From assembly GCA_035549275.1 (NCBI GenBank), contig DASZRH010000030.1, forward strand, positions 1,912-65,911: DNA of 64,000 nucleotides, written 5' to 3'. A program made the position numbers and the translations under genes. Position 1 is the first letter of the stretch; every line of letters starts with the position of its first letter. Source of the DNA: Minisyncoccota bacterium (GTDB lineage Bacteria; Patescibacteriota; Minisyncoccia; 2-02-FULL-40-12; GWA2-44-9). A model generated the notes under the pieces. It did not search any database. It was not told the origin of the DNA and was given only the letters and a program-made list of their open reading frames with translations. Positions 52,676-62,693 of this stretch are shown piece after piece.

Positions 52676-54436
52676 TTATGCTGAATCTCCGGCTTGAGCG
52701 ACCTCAAGCAACTCCTCTAATGATACAATGCCTTTCAATACTTTTAAAATGCCGTCCTGGAACATGGTGATCATGCCCTGGCGTTTGGCTTCCTGCCGCA
52801 TGGCTGCTTCGGAGATTGTCCCGAGAATGATTTTTTCAAATTCGGGCGTCATTTCAAGCATTTCGAAGATGCCGATGCGGCCCTTGAATGCTTTGCCGCC
52901 GCAATGGCGGCAGACGTTTTCCTTCTGGCCGACATTCGGCTCGCAGATGGTGTACCCGTCTTTAGCAAGATATTGCTTTTGATATTCTTCTGGCATCGCT
53001 TTAAGGGCTTCTTCGATGATGCTTGATTGGGCTTGGTTTGCTTTTTGCTGAAGCTTGCACTCGGGACACAGACGGCGCAAGAGACGCTGGGCGGCAGCCA
53101 CATTCAAGGTGGATGGGATGAGATATTTTTCAACACCCATGTCAACGAGGCGCGGTACGACGCCGATGGCGTCATTGGTATGAAGCGTCGAAAGTACGAT
53201 ATGGCCGGTCAAGGCCGCTTGAGTGGCCAAACCCGCCGTTTCACTGTCGCGAATTTCGCCGACCATGATAATGTCGGGGTCTTGGCGAAGGATGTGGCGC
53301 AAACCGGAAGCGAAAGTATAGCCGATTTCTTCGTGAACTTGGGACTGGTTAACCCCGTCAACGAAATATTCGATCGGATCTTCCAGAGTTACAATATTAA
53401 CGTCATCGGTATTTATGCGTTTGAGCATGCCGGCCAAGGTGGTGGATTTACCCGACCCTGTCGGACCGGTGATCAGAATCGAGCCGAATGGTTTGGCGAT
53501 GGCCCGCTCGAGGACGTCCATGGAACGCCCTTCTAATCCCAGGTCCGTCAGGGTCGTGCTGCCCGAGAGCGGGTCCAAAATACGCATAACCACCTTCTCG
53601 CCGCCTTTGGTTGGGAATGTCGAGACGCGGAAGTCGACTTTTCGGTCGTTGATTCGCGTGGCAAAGCGGCCGTCTTGAGCCAGTCGGGTTTCATCGATTT
53701 TCAAATCGGATAAGATTTTGATGCGGGTGGAAACCGCCGATTGTAGATTCTTGGGAAGCGTAAGGGCGATACTCAAAACGCCGTCGATGCGGAAACGAAC
53801 GCGGACGCGGTCTTCAAAGGGTTCGATATGAATATCGGATGCGCGCGAATCAACGGCGTGCCGGATGATGACTGCCACAATGCGCGTAATCGGAGCTTCG
53901 GCGGTAATTTCTTCAAGCGTTTGAATGTTTTGAGTGCTCTTTTTTTGGAATTCTTCATTAAGAGATTCCAGGGCCTGACTTACCTCCCCCGAAAGGGTTC
54001 GGTAGTTGCGGGTGATGGAATTGAAATCCTTGTAGCTGATAACATACTTCTCGAGCGATAAGCCCTTGTTGGCGGCGATAAACTTCAATGCTTCCAGCGC
54101 TTCGACGTTCTCGGGATTGATGATGCCGACTTTTAGGACGTTATCCTCTTTTGCAAACGGCACTACTTTGTAGAAAGAAACCACGTTGTCCGCGATTTCT
54201 TTGAGCACCTCCCGATTTAACTCGATCTCTTCGAGTTTGATGATCGGAAGATGATAGAGATTTGATTTGAATTCGGCGAGGCCCTCGTCGGTCAGAATGC
54301 CCTGATCAATAAGAACTTGGCCGACGTCTTTGTCGTCTTTTTGGGCCGCAGCGATAAAAGAGTCGGCTTGGGATTGGGAGATTACATTTGTCCGGACAAG
54401 TTCGTCCAGGAGCGTTGTAGGCAAGAATTGTGGCAT
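52676..54436 (-). CDS. pilB: Type IV pilus assembly ATPase PilB
   Basis: ASDIHIEP, QDGR, GPTGSGKST, RQDPDIIMVGEIRD, zinc motif; within the pil locus. Confidence 0.93.
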   Translation of the reverse strand: MPQFLPTTLLDELVRTNVISQSQADSFIAAAQKDDKDVGQVLIDQGILTDEGLAEFKSNLYHLPIIKLEEIELNREVLKEIADNVVSFYKVVPFAKEDNVLKVGIINPENVEALEALKFIAANKGLSLEKYVISYKDFNSITRNYRTLSGEVSQALESLNEEFQKKSTQNIQTLEEITAEAPITRIVAVIIRHAVDSRASDIHIEPFEDRVRVRFRIDGVLSIALTLPKNLQSAVSTRIKILSDLKIDETRLAQDGRFATRINDRKVDFRVSTFPTKGGEKVVMRILDPLSGSTTLTDLGLEGRSMDVLERAIAKPFGSILITGPTGSGKSTTLAGMLKRINTDDVNIVTLEDPIEYFVDGVNQSQVHEEIGYTFASGLRHILRQDPDIIMVGEIRDSETAGLATQAALTGHIVLSTLHTNDAIGVVPRLVDMGVEKYLIPSTLNVAAAQRLLRRLCPECKLQQKANQAQSSIIEEALKAMPEEYQKQYLAKDGYTICEPNVGQKENVCRHCGGKAFKGRIGIFEMLEMTPEFEKIILGTISEAAMRQEAKRQGMITMFQDGILKVLKGIVSLEELLEVAQAGDSA

Positions 54437-54451
54437 AGGAAACGGGCCATA

Positions 54452-54733
54452 TTAGAACGGAGCAAAAATATCGCGCTTGCCCGTGGCTTCGGGAATAACT
54501 GGAACTTCGCCAAATACTTTCAAGTTCGTGTATATTGTTGCGTCAAGAACTGAAAAATCAATTTGAACATTCTGGAAATCTTTCAATGTATCAGTTTCCT
54601 CAATTGGCGAAGCGGCAACTGGAGTTTCATTGGGCCCCACATATTGGCTGTAATAAATATACCCAAGTACAATACCAAAGATCATAACAAGTAAGACGTA
54701 AAGGCGATTGGTCGATGATACGGGAGATGGCAT
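54452..54733 (-). CDS. Small PilP-position membrane protein
   Basis: N-terminal TM segment, C-terminal GKRDIFAPF (R.PF-like); follows pilO. Confidence 0.6.
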   Translation of the reverse strand: MPSPVSSTNRLYVLLVMIFGIVLGYIYYSQYVGPNETPVAASPIEETDTLKDFQNVQIDFSVLDATIYTNLKVFGEVPVIPEATGKRDIFAPF

Positions 54734-54734
54734 G

Positions 54735-55259
54735 TTATTGAGTCAAAAAATATGTGTTTGCTTTTAGGCGGAATTGAATATCCGAGCTTTCGGCACCGAC
54801 GGGAGCCGCATTTATCGAAGTGATGTCAATAATTCTGATATTTTGCTCGATGGCAGAAAGAAATGAGCGGAATGCTGGGTATGTGCCAGTTATGGTCAGA
54901 TCGATTCCTTGTGTCTGATAAGATGCGGCTTGGTTGTTGGGGTCGATATTGCCAAGCGCGATACCGTTAAGAGTCAATCCGCTCTGGTGGACGATTGCTT
55001 CAAGCATTGAGACAAGCTCTGGTGAACTTTTAGTTTCCGGGACGATATATGAAAAGCGAGAAATATCGCTTGAGTGTTGGGAATATTGTTGAGCCCAACT
55101 ATTGATCTGATCAATCAAAGAGGTGCGTTGTGTTAATTCCGCGTCGCGGGCGGCCACAGCTTCCCTTGCTGATGAAATATGGTCATAGCTAGGCATGACA
55201 AAAGCCCAAAAGATGAATGCGGCGGCAACGACAATCAATGCTCCAAGATAGGCCTTCAT
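54735..55259 (-). CDS. pilO: PilO-like protein
   Basis: TM segment plus coiled coil; GTYPAFRSFL..IEQNIRIIDI. Confidence 0.8.
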   Translation of the reverse strand: MKAYLGALIVVAAAFIFWAFVMPSYDHISSAREAVAARDAELTQRTSLIDQINSWAQQYSQHSSDISRFSYIVPETKSSPELVSMLEAIVHQSGLTLNGIALGNIDPNNQAASYQTQGIDLTITGTYPAFRSFLSAIEQNIRIIDITSINAAPVGAESSDIQFRLKANTYFLTQ

Positions 55260-55260
55260 A

Positions 55261-55824
55261 TTATTTTAATTCCATTTTTAAGAATTTTTCAGGTTTGAAT
55301 TTGACATGTGCGGTTACATCAAGTTTGCCTGTGGTCTGAATACTGACGTTATCGAGGGTGATATCCTGCACAGCATCATCAGCAACGAATGCGGCAAGCT
55401 GGCGGGCAAGCGTCGAATAAGAATCCGTAACAGCTTCAAACCGGAATGTGCTATCTTCAGTTTGGCCCGAAAAGTTTACGAACTGTACTTTATTTTGAAG
55501 CGCCGCTTCAATCTTGGAAAGACCTTGTGACCAATACGTATGGTTTTTAACAATTTGAGTGGCGGTTTTCATCTGCTGTGATAGTGTCAGGAGCGCTCCT
55601 TCCGTTTGGAGGTTGCGCTCGTTCTCTAAATTAACAAGTGCGGTGTTGGCGGCATCAAGCTGTTGGTCAAGGCGATTGCCGTACCACCATACTCCCCCGT
55701 ACACGGCCAAAACGATCGCCAGTACTGCGATTCCGAAATAAATAATCTTGTTCTCCCCCGGAGTCGTAACAACAATGCTTTTGCGGGTCTCCGGAAGGAG
55801 CTGGATACCTCCTTTATCAGCCAT
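55261..55824 (-). CDS. pilN: PilN-like protein
   Basis: IQLLP (INLLP-like) motif, TM segment, coiled coil; between pilM and pilO. Confidence 0.75.
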   Translation of the reverse strand: MADKGGIQLLPETRKSIVVTTPGENKIIYFGIAVLAIVLAVYGGVWWYGNRLDQQLDAANTALVNLENERNLQTEGALLTLSQQMKTATQIVKNHTYWSQGLSKIEAALQNKVQFVNFSGQTEDSTFRFEAVTDSYSTLARQLAAFVADDAVQDITLDNVSIQTTGKLDVTAHVKFKPEKFLKMELK

Positions 55825-55878
55825 ACTATATAGTATACAACGTGTTGGACGTTGCGGTTAGGACTTTATCAACAATTT

Positions 55879-56922
55879 CTAAATATCGCGCATCGCCAGG
55901 CCGGTAGCAACCGAAAACGTACTGGCCAGCTCGCTAATCACCGGTCCGAGCGCTTGGGGATAGACAATGCGGCTAAACGGATTGCCGATTACAACATCTT
56001 GGCCGAGCTTTTGTTTGAAATATTCCAGAAAGTTCGGCATGTTGGCCATGCCGCCGACCAGTATGATTCGGGAAATTTTCTGGCTTTTTGAGGTTTCGTA
56101 GGCGGTAATGGTTTTGCGGGTCTCAAACGCCATCATGTCGATGAGCGACGACATGGCTTCATTAATGACGTTTTCGTCAATCTGCCTCATTCCGAGGGTT
56201 TTTTTCAGTTCTTCGGCTTTCTCGATGCTGATGTTCAGGGATCGGGCGATGGATTTGGTGATCTCAAAGCCCCCCACTTCGTAGTTGTGGGAAAGCCGTT
56301 CATATCCTTTGTTGATGATAATGATTGAAGTGCTGCGGCCGCCGATGTTAATTACTGCAGTCGGCGAAAGATCGTTGCCGATCACGGCGCGCGCGAGGGC
56401 CGAGTTTTCTAATTCTAATGCTTTGAGCGTGAGGCCGGCCTTGGCCATGATCGTCTGGTAGCGGACGGTTTCGTCTTTGGGGACCGCGGCGACGAATACT
56501 TCGACCGTCGGTTTGGGACCTTGGCCGGTGATGCCGATAATTGACCAATCAAGAACTACTTCGTCCAGGGGAATCGGTACATACCGGCGAGCTTCAAACG
56601 GGAGAGCTTTGGCCAGTTCTGCCTCCGAGAGGTACGGCATTTCGATGACAGTGGCGAATGTCGAGAAAGATGGGATTGAGGCTACGACGCTGTGGCTGCC
56701 AATCTTTGATTTCTTGAGCAGTTCTTTGATGCCCCAGGCGATTTCATCGTCCGGCAACTTCAGAATGCTTTGGTCAGTGCTTCCACCCGAAATATTTTTG
56801 ATTTCAAAGAGGCCGTAGTTTTTCAAGTGAAAGCGGTTGCTTTTCTTGGTAAGCTCGATAATTTTGATGGCGGCGGTGCCGATGTCGATGCCGATTGTGC
56901 TGCTGGGACCGAATAGAGCCAT
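55879..56922 (-). CDS. pilM: Type IV pilus assembly protein PilM
   Basis: IGIDIGT..IKIIEL, EARRYVP, INIGG, LVGG, ATGLAMR. Confidence 0.92.
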   Translation of the reverse strand: MALFGPSSTIGIDIGTAAIKIIELTKKSNRFHLKNYGLFEIKNISGGSTDQSILKLPDDEIAWGIKELLKKSKIGSHSVVASIPSFSTFATVIEMPYLSEAELAKALPFEARRYVPIPLDEVVLDWSIIGITGQGPKPTVEVFVAAVPKDETVRYQTIMAKAGLTLKALELENSALARAVIGNDLSPTAVINIGGRSTSIIIINKGYERLSHNYEVGGFEITKSIARSLNISIEKAEELKKTLGMRQIDENVINEAMSSLIDMMAFETRKTITAYETSKSQKISRIILVGGMANMPNFLEYFKQKLGQDVVIGNPFSRIVYPQALGPVISELASTFSVATGLAMRDI

Positions 56923-57011
56923 TGATGGATGCTTCCGTAGCGTCACGGAGCCGATTTGTATACAATAAAGTATATCACAGAACAGAAATCCGTGCGCTGA
57001 ATTATCCCCAC

Positions 57012-57719
57012 ATGCTGATTCGCCGAATTGCCGACCTGATATTCCCCTATCGCTGCTTGGGCTGTGGCGTGTTTCTAGAGCGCGGGTATATTTGCTCTGC
57101 ATGCTTCCAGAACGTGTCGCTCCGGTTTCGGCTTGAATGCATTGGCTGCCGCCAGAGTTCGCCCGGTGGATTTACGTGTTCAAGTTGCAAAGCGGAGTGT
57201 GCCATCAGCAGGTTTTTCGTCGTCAGTGACTATCGGCATCCGGTTGTGCATGCCGCAATCCATGGGCTTAAATATAAATTCCTGCCGGAGTTGGCCGTTC
57301 CGCTCGGAGATTGGGCGGTAACATATATTCGGAACCAATCGGCGCTTCATCGGGTTTCCTTCGCCGGCGAGCGGTTTCTTCTCACGGGCGTTCCCTTGCA
57401 TTCTCGGCGCGAGAACTGGCGCGGATTCAATCAGTCGGAGCTTGTTGCCCAACGAATTGCCGCACAGCTACAGATGGATTTTTGTCCCTTGCTTGAGCGA
57501 TCTGTCCATGCGTCGCCGCAGGCGCGGGTGCCGGATCGGGCCGAACGATTCAAAAATGTCCGCGGCCAGTTCAGGTGCGCCGCCGCGTCCGGCGCCGGCC
57601 GCAATGTTCTTATTGTTGACGATGTCTGTACGACGGGCGCGACGCTGAACGAATGCGCGGCTGTCCTGAAGGCCGCCGGCGCCGCTTCCGTCTCCGCACT
57701 TGTCATTGCCAGGGGCTAG
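57012..57719 (+). CDS. comF: ComF family protein (double zinc ribbon plus PRT domain)
   Basis: CxxC pairs, VPLH..RGFNQS, IVDDVCTTGAT. Confidence 0.92.
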   Translation: MLIRRIADLIFPYRCLGCGVFLERGYICSACFQNVSLRFRLECIGCRQSSPGGFTCSSCKAECAISRFFVVSDYRHPVVHAAIHGLKYKFLPELAVPLGDWAVTYIRNQSALHRVSFAGERFLLTGVPLHSRRENWRGFNQSELVAQRIAAQLQMDFCPLLERSVHASPQARVPDRAERFKNVRGQFRCAAASGAGRNVLIVDDVCTTGATLNECAAVLKAAGAASVSALVIARG

Positions 57720-57745
57720 AAAAAATGCTAAAATGGGGCAAATTT

Positions 57746-57834
57746 GGAGACGTGTCAGAGTGGTCTAATGTACCTCTTTGCTAAAGAGGTGTTCGGGTAA
57801 AACCGGACCGGAGGTTCGAATCCTCCCGTCTCCG
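57746..57834 (+). tRNA. tRNA-Ser (GCT)
   Basis: Acceptor GGAGACG/CGTCTCC-G; anticodon arm CCTCT-TTGCTAA-AGAGG; long variable arm. Confidence 0.93.
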
Positions 57835-57853
57835 CATTCAGGCCACGCTCTCC

Positions 57854-57943
57854 GGAGAGGTGGCTGAGTGGTTGAAAGCAGCGGTTTACTAAACCGCCGG
57901 GCTCGCAAGAGCCTCGTGGGTTCGAATCCCACCCTCTCCGCCA
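57854..57943 (+). tRNA. tRNA-Ser (ACT), CCA encoded; unusual A34 anticodon
   Basis: Acceptor GGAGAGG/CCTCTCC-G-CCA; anticodon arm GCGGT-TTACTAA-ACCGC; long variable arm GGGCTC-GCAA-GAGCCT. Confidence 0.9.
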
Positions 57944-57975
57944 GTATTTTTAGGGCTGGTATAATAAAATTTATC

Positions 57976-58164
57976 ATGAACCCACGACATACAAAAATTC
58001 AGGCAGGAGCTTTTATTGCAATGCTTGTGGTGCTTGCTGTAGCTTGGGCATTAAGCGGCCATCAGAATACTTGGCTGTTTGTACTAGCCGCCATCATTGG
58101 TGTCCCAAATCCGTGGTGGGTCGCATTGGCCAATAAGTTGAGTAAGAAGAGTAAGGATCAGTAA
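57976..58164 (+). CDS. Small two-TM membrane protein
   Basis: ATG 57976 after TGGTATAAT; two hydrophobic segments and a basic tail. Confidence 0.6.
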   Translation: MNPRHTKIQAGAFIAMLVVLAVAWALSGHQNTWLFVLAAIIGVPNPWWVALANKLSKKSKDQ

Positions 58165-58478
58165 TCTCTTTTGCTGGTTCCTACAAACGCGACTGGTGTA
58201 ACTTCGTGGCCACGGCAGCATTGGCTGATTATTAGGTGGTTCAACTAATCGTGTATAAAACATATAGCCGAAAGTACGCGATTATACGCGCAAATCAAAA
58301 AACCTTGCTGGCAAAGGCCGGAATGTCGAATAAATCTGGTCTTTCTTGGTAAATACGTCTCAATTTTCGTATAATCCTATCAACATTTCCATAGCTAAAG
58401 CGTCCTATCGGTTCAAAGTTGCGCCAACCATCACCGCTCGCATTGACTTTTTATGGCACAAGTGGCAATATATGGGCC

Positions 58479-60887
58479 ATGAAATTATACCCTCGGATTG
58501 CCCTCTTTATTCTTGCCATCGCCGGATTTTCGGTCTTTGTTGCTCCCGCCGCTCACGCCCAGATCAAGTATCAGGGCTTTTATTTTGTCGAAGACGATAT
58601 GTACAACATCCACTATATGGATGAATTGGCGGGATACAACAATGTTTTAAAAATAAGCATTGATAATACCAAAAACCCGCAAGCCATTGCCACCAAAGCT
58701 CGCCAAGATGGCTACACATATGTCGAAATTACGCTGGGCTTTAACGAAGCGCTCTTTACGAATGCCGACGGTGCTCGCGATGCGTATCTTCAAAACGTGA
58801 AAAAGAAGCTATACCAGGATTCCGATCTTGGTAATATGCTGCTCGATATTCATATTCTGGAAGAAGAATTTACATTGCTTCACCAGCACTATTTCGATGA
58901 TTGGGCGTTTGTGAAGAATCTGGATGTGGCCGCCTGTCAGGCGAAATATCACGACCCGACGCTTAACGCCCGCAATTGCGAAGATTATGCGATGAAAGAA
59001 GGTCTTGAAAGCTATATCAGCGACGTGAAAAAATATTTTCCCGGTATTCCGACGATAATCGTCGAGAACACCTGGGGATACAATTTTGAACCGCCGAGCA
59101 ATCTCGATATTCTGGGAATCGATGCGTACTATATCCCCTCCACGGCCGACTGCGGCGAAAATCAGCAGACGCTCTTTCGGGTGTATGTTACAGACGTGGT
59201 TAATTACGCCAAACGCTACGGCAAGCCGATATATATGGTTGGGGCCGTGTTTAACTCCGGGCCGTACAAGATGCCATCCCAATGCCAGGCCCAATGGTAT
59301 ATCGATTATGCCAAGAATACTCCCGAGGTTATCGGCCTGAACTGGTTTTTGTACGCGACAGTGGACGGAGTGAATGGCGTTCGAAATGATCCCTTGGTTA
59401 CCTTCCTGAAGCAAGAAGGACGCAAACTGTTTAATTCAACCCCGGTTATTACCAGTACGGCCATAAACGCGAGCCAGATTATTCCAAACGCCCAAAACAC
59501 ATACCAAATTAGCGTTACTGCCTCTGACAAAGATGGCGCTGATGACATCAAGGCCCAATATGCCCTCGTGAACCAGCTCTACCAAGGCGTGAACGGAGGC
59601 CAGTACCGCGGCTATGTCGGCTGGAGCAAAGACGGAGATTCAGTGCAAAAGTATTATTTCCCCGGAATCAGTGGCGCTGTAATCCCCTGCCTTGGCGGCG
59701 GGACCGCCGCCAAGGCAGTTGGGTATGGTGAGGAGTATATGAATTTATTGAGTTGTTCGACCAGTGTTTCCAGCACGACTCGCACAACGGTATTTACTGT
59801 CAGCTTCAATTTGAACTTCACCGCGCCTACTGCAAACAATACGGTCTCGGGCTGGGCGACGGATGAAGCGCTTGCGCGGAGCGGGTGGCAGACATTCGGT
59901 TCGTTTGGGTTAAAATCAAATTCGGCGCCGATCATCACAAATACTGCGATAAATACATCGACTATCGCGCCGAACATGAATACTCCCTATCAAATTAGCA
60001 TTTCCGCTTCCGACAAAGATGGTGTGAATGATATCAAAGTCGAATATGCGCTCATCAATCAGCTGTATCAGGGACCTAACGGCGGCCAATATCGAGGGTA
60101 TCTGGGCTGGAGCCAAAACAATGATGCCGTTGAGAAATATTATTTCCCTGGCGTCAGCGGATCAGTGATGCCGTGTGCCGGTGGTGGCTATGCAGCCAAG
60201 GCAGTCGCGTACGGAGCTGAATACATGAATTTAATTTCTTGTTCTACATCTACTAGCGGTACAACTCGTACTACCGTATTTACCGTAACGTTTAATACTA
60301 ACTTCACCGCGCCCACCGCAAACAATACGGTCTCGGGCTGGGCGACGGATGAAGCGCTTGCCCGGAGCGGGTGGCAGACATTTCAGACCTTCGGATTAGT
60401 GAGGAATACCTCGCCAATGGTTGTGAATGCCGCCATCAATGCCTCTCGTATTGTTCCGAACGGGCAGAACACATATCAAATCACGGTTGCCTCATCCGAT
60501 ACCGACGGTCCTAACGACATCAAGGCCCAATATGCCCTCGTGAACCAGCTCTACCAAGGCGTGAACGGAGGCCAGTACCGCGGCTATGTCGGCTGGAGCA
60601 AAGACGGAGATATGGTCCAGAACTACTATTTTCCCGGAATACAAGGAGCAACTTTTCCCTGCACAGGCGGCGGCGTGGCTGCCAAGGCGATCGGCTATGG
60701 CCAGGAGTATTTGAACGTGCTTGGTTGTTCCACATCGGTCTCAGGCAATACTCGAACGACTGTGTTTACGGTGAGTTTCAATCCTAATTTCACTGCTCCT
60801 GCTACTGGCAATACTATTTCCGGCTGGGCAACTGATGCATATTTGGCACGTAGCGGCTGGCAAACGTTCGGTACATTTGGGTTGTAG
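58479..60887 (+). CDS. Large secreted protein: glycoside hydrolase-like N-terminal domain plus three 162-aa beta-rich repeats
   Basis: Signal peptide (AAHA-Q); LEEE, DILGIDAY, GKPIYMV, GLNWF suggest a TIM barrel; repeats start at about 59433, 59919 and 60405. Confidence 0.8.
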   Translation: MKLYPRIALFILAIAGFSVFVAPAAHAQIKYQGFYFVEDDMYNIHYMDELAGYNNVLKISIDNTKNPQAIATKARQDGYTYVEITLGFNEALFTNADGARDAYLQNVKKKLYQDSDLGNMLLDIHILEEEFTLLHQHYFDDWAFVKNLDVAACQAKYHDPTLNARNCEDYAMKEGLESYISDVKKYFPGIPTIIVENTWGYNFEPPSNLDILGIDAYYIPSTADCGENQQTLFRVYVTDVVNYAKRYGKPIYMVGAVFNSGPYKMPSQCQAQWYIDYAKNTPEVIGLNWFLYATVDGVNGVRNDPLVTFLKQEGRKLFNSTPVITSTAINASQIIPNAQNTYQISVTASDKDGADDIKAQYALVNQLYQGVNGGQYRGYVGWSKDGDSVQKYYFPGISGAVIPCLGGGTAAKAVGYGEEYMNLLSCSTSVSSTTRTTVFTVSFNLNFTAPTANNTVSGWATDEALARSGWQTFGSFGLKSNSAPIITNTAINTSTIAPNMNTPYQISISASDKDGVNDIKVEYALINQLYQGPNGGQYRGYLGWSQNNDAVEKYYFPGVSGSVMPCAGGGYAAKAVAYGAEYMNLISCSTSTSGTTRTTVFTVTFNTNFTAPTANNTVSGWATDEALARSGWQTFQTFGLVRNTSPMVVNAAINASRIVPNGQNTYQITVASSDTDGPNDIKAQYALVNQLYQGVNGGQYRGYVGWSKDGDMVQNYYFPGIQGATFPCTGGGVAAKAIGYGQEYLNVLGCSTSVSGNTRTTVFTVSFNPNFTAPATGNTISGWATDAYLARSGWQTFGTFGL
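59433..60884 (+). repeat. Three tandem 486-bp intragenic repeats
   Basis: Period 486 nt; 59544-59639 is identical to 60516-60611; 59814-59896 matches 60300-60382 with 3 mismatches. Confidence 0.92.
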
Positions 60888-60906
60888 ATTGCGGTCAGGT
60901 TTGCGT

Positions 60907-60943
60907 GTCAAAACCCCGGCCGCTTTGCGGCCGGGGTTTTGAC
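60907..60943. terminator. Perfect palindrome (17-bp arms, TTT loop)
   Basis: GTCAAAACCCCGGCCGC-TTT-GCGGCCGGGGTTTTGAC. Confidence 0.75.
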
Positions 60944-60990
60944 TGAATGCAGAAAAAATGATACAATTTTGGGCATTCACGAACATTTCT

Positions 60991-62520
60991 ATGCCTGAAA
61001 CGCAGCCACAATCGAATACCCACCGTCCCCCGATCGTGGTTGTATTGGGCCATGTTGATCACGGTAAAACTTCCCTTCTGGACGTAATTCGCCAGTCCAA
61101 CGTCGTTGCCACCGAATCCGGCGGTATTACCCAGCATATCGGTGCCTATCAGGTAATCCATGCCGGCAAAATGATTACGTTTCTCGACACGCCGGGCCAT
61201 GAGGCTTTTACGGCTATTCGTTCGCGCGGCACCAAAGTTGCCGATGTGGCGATTCTGGTTGTTGCCGCCGATGAAAGCGTGAAACCCCAGACGGCTGAAG
61301 CGATTCGGATTATTAAAGAAGAAGAAATTCCGTTCATTGTTGCCATCAACAAGATCGACAAAGGCGGCGCAAACGTTCAGAAAGTGAAACAAGATTTGGC
61401 CGGATTGGATGTCTTGGTGGAAGATTGGGGCGGGACAGTGCCGGTGGTTGAAGTTTCCGCCAAGGAAAAGCGCAATATTCCTGATCTGCTGGATATGATT
61501 CTGCTGGTTGCGGAGCTCGAAGACTTGAAAGAAGATCGATCGTTGCCCGCCGAAGGCGTAATCATTGAATCGCACCTCGACAAGCGCCGTGGCTATGTCG
61601 CTACAGCCTTGGTTCAAAAGGGTTTGTTGTCGCTCGGCGATTGGATTGTGGCCGGAACTGTTGTCGGCAAAGTAAAATCAATGGAGAATTTCATCGGTGA
61701 GCCGATTCCCAAGGCCGAGCCCTCCCAGCCCGTAGTCATTATCGGCTGGCCGACTGCGCCTGAAATTGGCCGCCAATTTCGGGCCGCATACTCCAAAGAC
61801 GAAGCCATGGATATTTCAGCGGCAAACGTCAATTTAGCCCCCCTCTTCTCTTTCTTCCGGGGCATGCCGACCAATGGCGATCACGCTTCGGGCAAAAAAT
61901 ATCTGCGGCTGGTTTTGAAAACCGATGTCGCAAGTTCTCTGGAAGCGATTGATATGGCGTTGCGCCAGATTAAATCTGATGAAGTCGGCTACACGGTCAT
62001 TTCCCATGACATCGGGTCGGTGACTGACGTCGATGTCCGTGCGGCCGTGGCCGGCAAGGGCTGTATCGTCGGTTTTCGCGTCCCGATCGAATCTTCGGCT
62101 CGCAAGCTTGCCGAACAGGATAGTATTCCTGCCGCCACATTTGATATTATCTACGAACTCATCGAGTATGTCCGCAAAGAAATGGCCGCTATGCTTGAGC
62201 CGGAAATTCGCCGAATTCCGCTCGGTAAAGTTAAGATTCTCGGCGTGTTTAAGAAAGATGCGCGTTTCCAGGTGATCGGCGGCCGGGTTACGTCTGGGAC
62301 CCTTGTCCGAGGCGCGCTGGGCGATATTGTTCGAGATGGCGGCAGTGTGTTGACGGGCAAAATTACTCAAGTCCAGCAGAACAAAGAGGACGTCTCCGAA
62401 GTCCACGAGGGGGTCGAAGGTGGTATTCGATTGGAAGTTGATCCCAAAAAGAATCCCGATGTCCGCGTTGGTGATATACTGGAAGTGTACGAGGAAGAAA
62501 AGATCGCCAGGACGTTATAA
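60991..62520 (+). CDS. infB: Translation initiation factor IF-2 (short, lacks the N-terminal domain)
   Basis: [38 protein letters not shown]. Confidence 0.96.
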   Translation: MPETQPQSNTHRPPIVVVLGHVDHGKTSLLDVIRQSNVVATESGGITQHIGAYQVIHAGKMITFLDTPGHEAFTAIRSRGTKVADVAILVVAADESVKPQTAEAIRIIKEEEIPFIVAINKIDKGGANVQKVKQDLAGLDVLVEDWGGTVPVVEVSAKEKRNIPDLLDMILLVAELEDLKEDRSLPAEGVIIESHLDKRRGYVATALVQKGLLSLGDWIVAGTVVGKVKSMENFIGEPIPKAEPSQPVVIIGWPTAPEIGRQFRAAYSKDEAMDISAANVNLAPLFSFFRGMPTNGDHASGKKYLRLVLKTDVASSLEAIDMALRQIKSDEVGYTVISHDIGSVTDVDVRAAVAGKGCIVGFRVPIESSARKLAEQDSIPAATFDIIYELIEYVRKEMAAMLEPEIRRIPLGKVKILGVFKKDARFQVIGGRVTSGTLVRGALGDIVRDGGSVLTGKITQVQQNKEDVSEVHEGVEGGIRLEVDPKKNPDVRVGDILEVYEEEKIARTL

Positions 62521-62522
62521 AG

Positions 62523-62594
62523 GGCGCAGTAGCCAAGTGGTAAGGCATGAGTCTGCAAAACTCTTATACGCGGGTTCGATTCCCGCCTGCGCCT
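62523..62594 (+). tRNA. tRNA-Cys (GCA)
   Basis: Acceptor GGCGCAG/CTGCGCC-T; anticodon loop CTGCAAA. Confidence 0.93.
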
Positions 62595-62608
62595 CCGGTC
62601 TGTAGCAT

Positions 62609-62693
62609 GCCTGGGTGGTGGAATTGGTATACACGAGCGACTTAAAATCGCTTGCCGCAAGGCTTGCCGGTTCGAGTCCGGCCCCAGGCACCA
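62609..62693 (+). tRNA. tRNA-Leu (TAA), CCA encoded
   Basis: Acceptor GCCTGGG/CCCAGGC-A-CCA; anticodon arm AGCGA-CTTAAAA-TCGCT; variable arm. Confidence 0.95.

Noticed and set aside
58165-58478. Possible small gene or RNA in the 310-nt gap before the repeat protein
   Set aside because: Only short ORFs without motifs and one weak hairpin; no supportable call.
59433-60884. Diversity-generating retroelement TR/VR pair or CRISPR array
   Set aside because: The repeats are in-frame coding domains, mismatches are not adenine-specific, and there is no reverse transcriptase, cas gene or spacer structure in the window.
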